NCBI GenBank assembly: GCA_964106645.2
Contig: OZ067038.1
Strand: one strand, 5' to 3'
Length of the DNA stretch: 64,000 bases
DNA from: Podarcis pityusensis
Lineage: Eukaryota
The notes below the pieces were generated by a model that worked only from the letters and a program-made list of their open reading frames with translations, made no database searches and was not told the DNA's origin. The translations under genes were made by a program, and so were the position numbers. Below, piece after piece: positions 63,879 through 64,000 of this stretch (position 1 is its first letter; each line of letters begins with the position of its first letter).

Positions 63879-64000
63879 GTCAACACCGTGAGAACTGTTC
63901 CCACACATGCACAGCTTCTAGACTGAACTGAGAGATTGTTTAGTCTGAACTCAACTCTTGAACTGTAAGGATGTGATCAGGAGAGGGGAGGCCTTGCAGC

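Noticed and set aside
1-64000. CRISPR arrays, rRNA, bona fide tRNA genes, prokaryotic systems
   Set aside because: Eukaryotic sequence; tRNA-like A/B boxes occur only as SINE heads and no repeat-spacer arrays were seen.

Overview
Vertebrate genomic DNA from a squamate, most likely a lacertid lizard (Sauria SINEs with (ACCTTT)n tails, CR1, L2, L1 and RTE-type repeats). Two CpG-island promoters face away from each other. The one at ~950-2600 drives an unidentified gene leftwards on the - strand. The one at ~52440-53230 contains coding exon 1 of LRRFIP1 (+ strand; intron 1 runs off the window). The ~50 kb between them is dense in transposons. Main points: (1) a full-length, TSD-flanked RTEX-like LINE (18558-24219, -) whose ORF1 and AUG-less ORF2 are in frame and separated by a single UGA in a readthrough-type context, with a canonical PIP box just upstream of that stop; (2) a non-autonomous hAT element in LRRFIP1 intron 1 carrying what looks like a captured copy of KCNIP4 coding exon 1; (3) a composite three-TIR hAT element with CpG-rich cargo; (4) a single-exon, very basic 105-aa ORF with a TATA/CRE-like promoter; (5) a Sauria SINE with a twin-priming-like inversion; (6) a Sola2-like DNA transposon remnant. 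All family assignments come from motif recognition by eye, without database searches.
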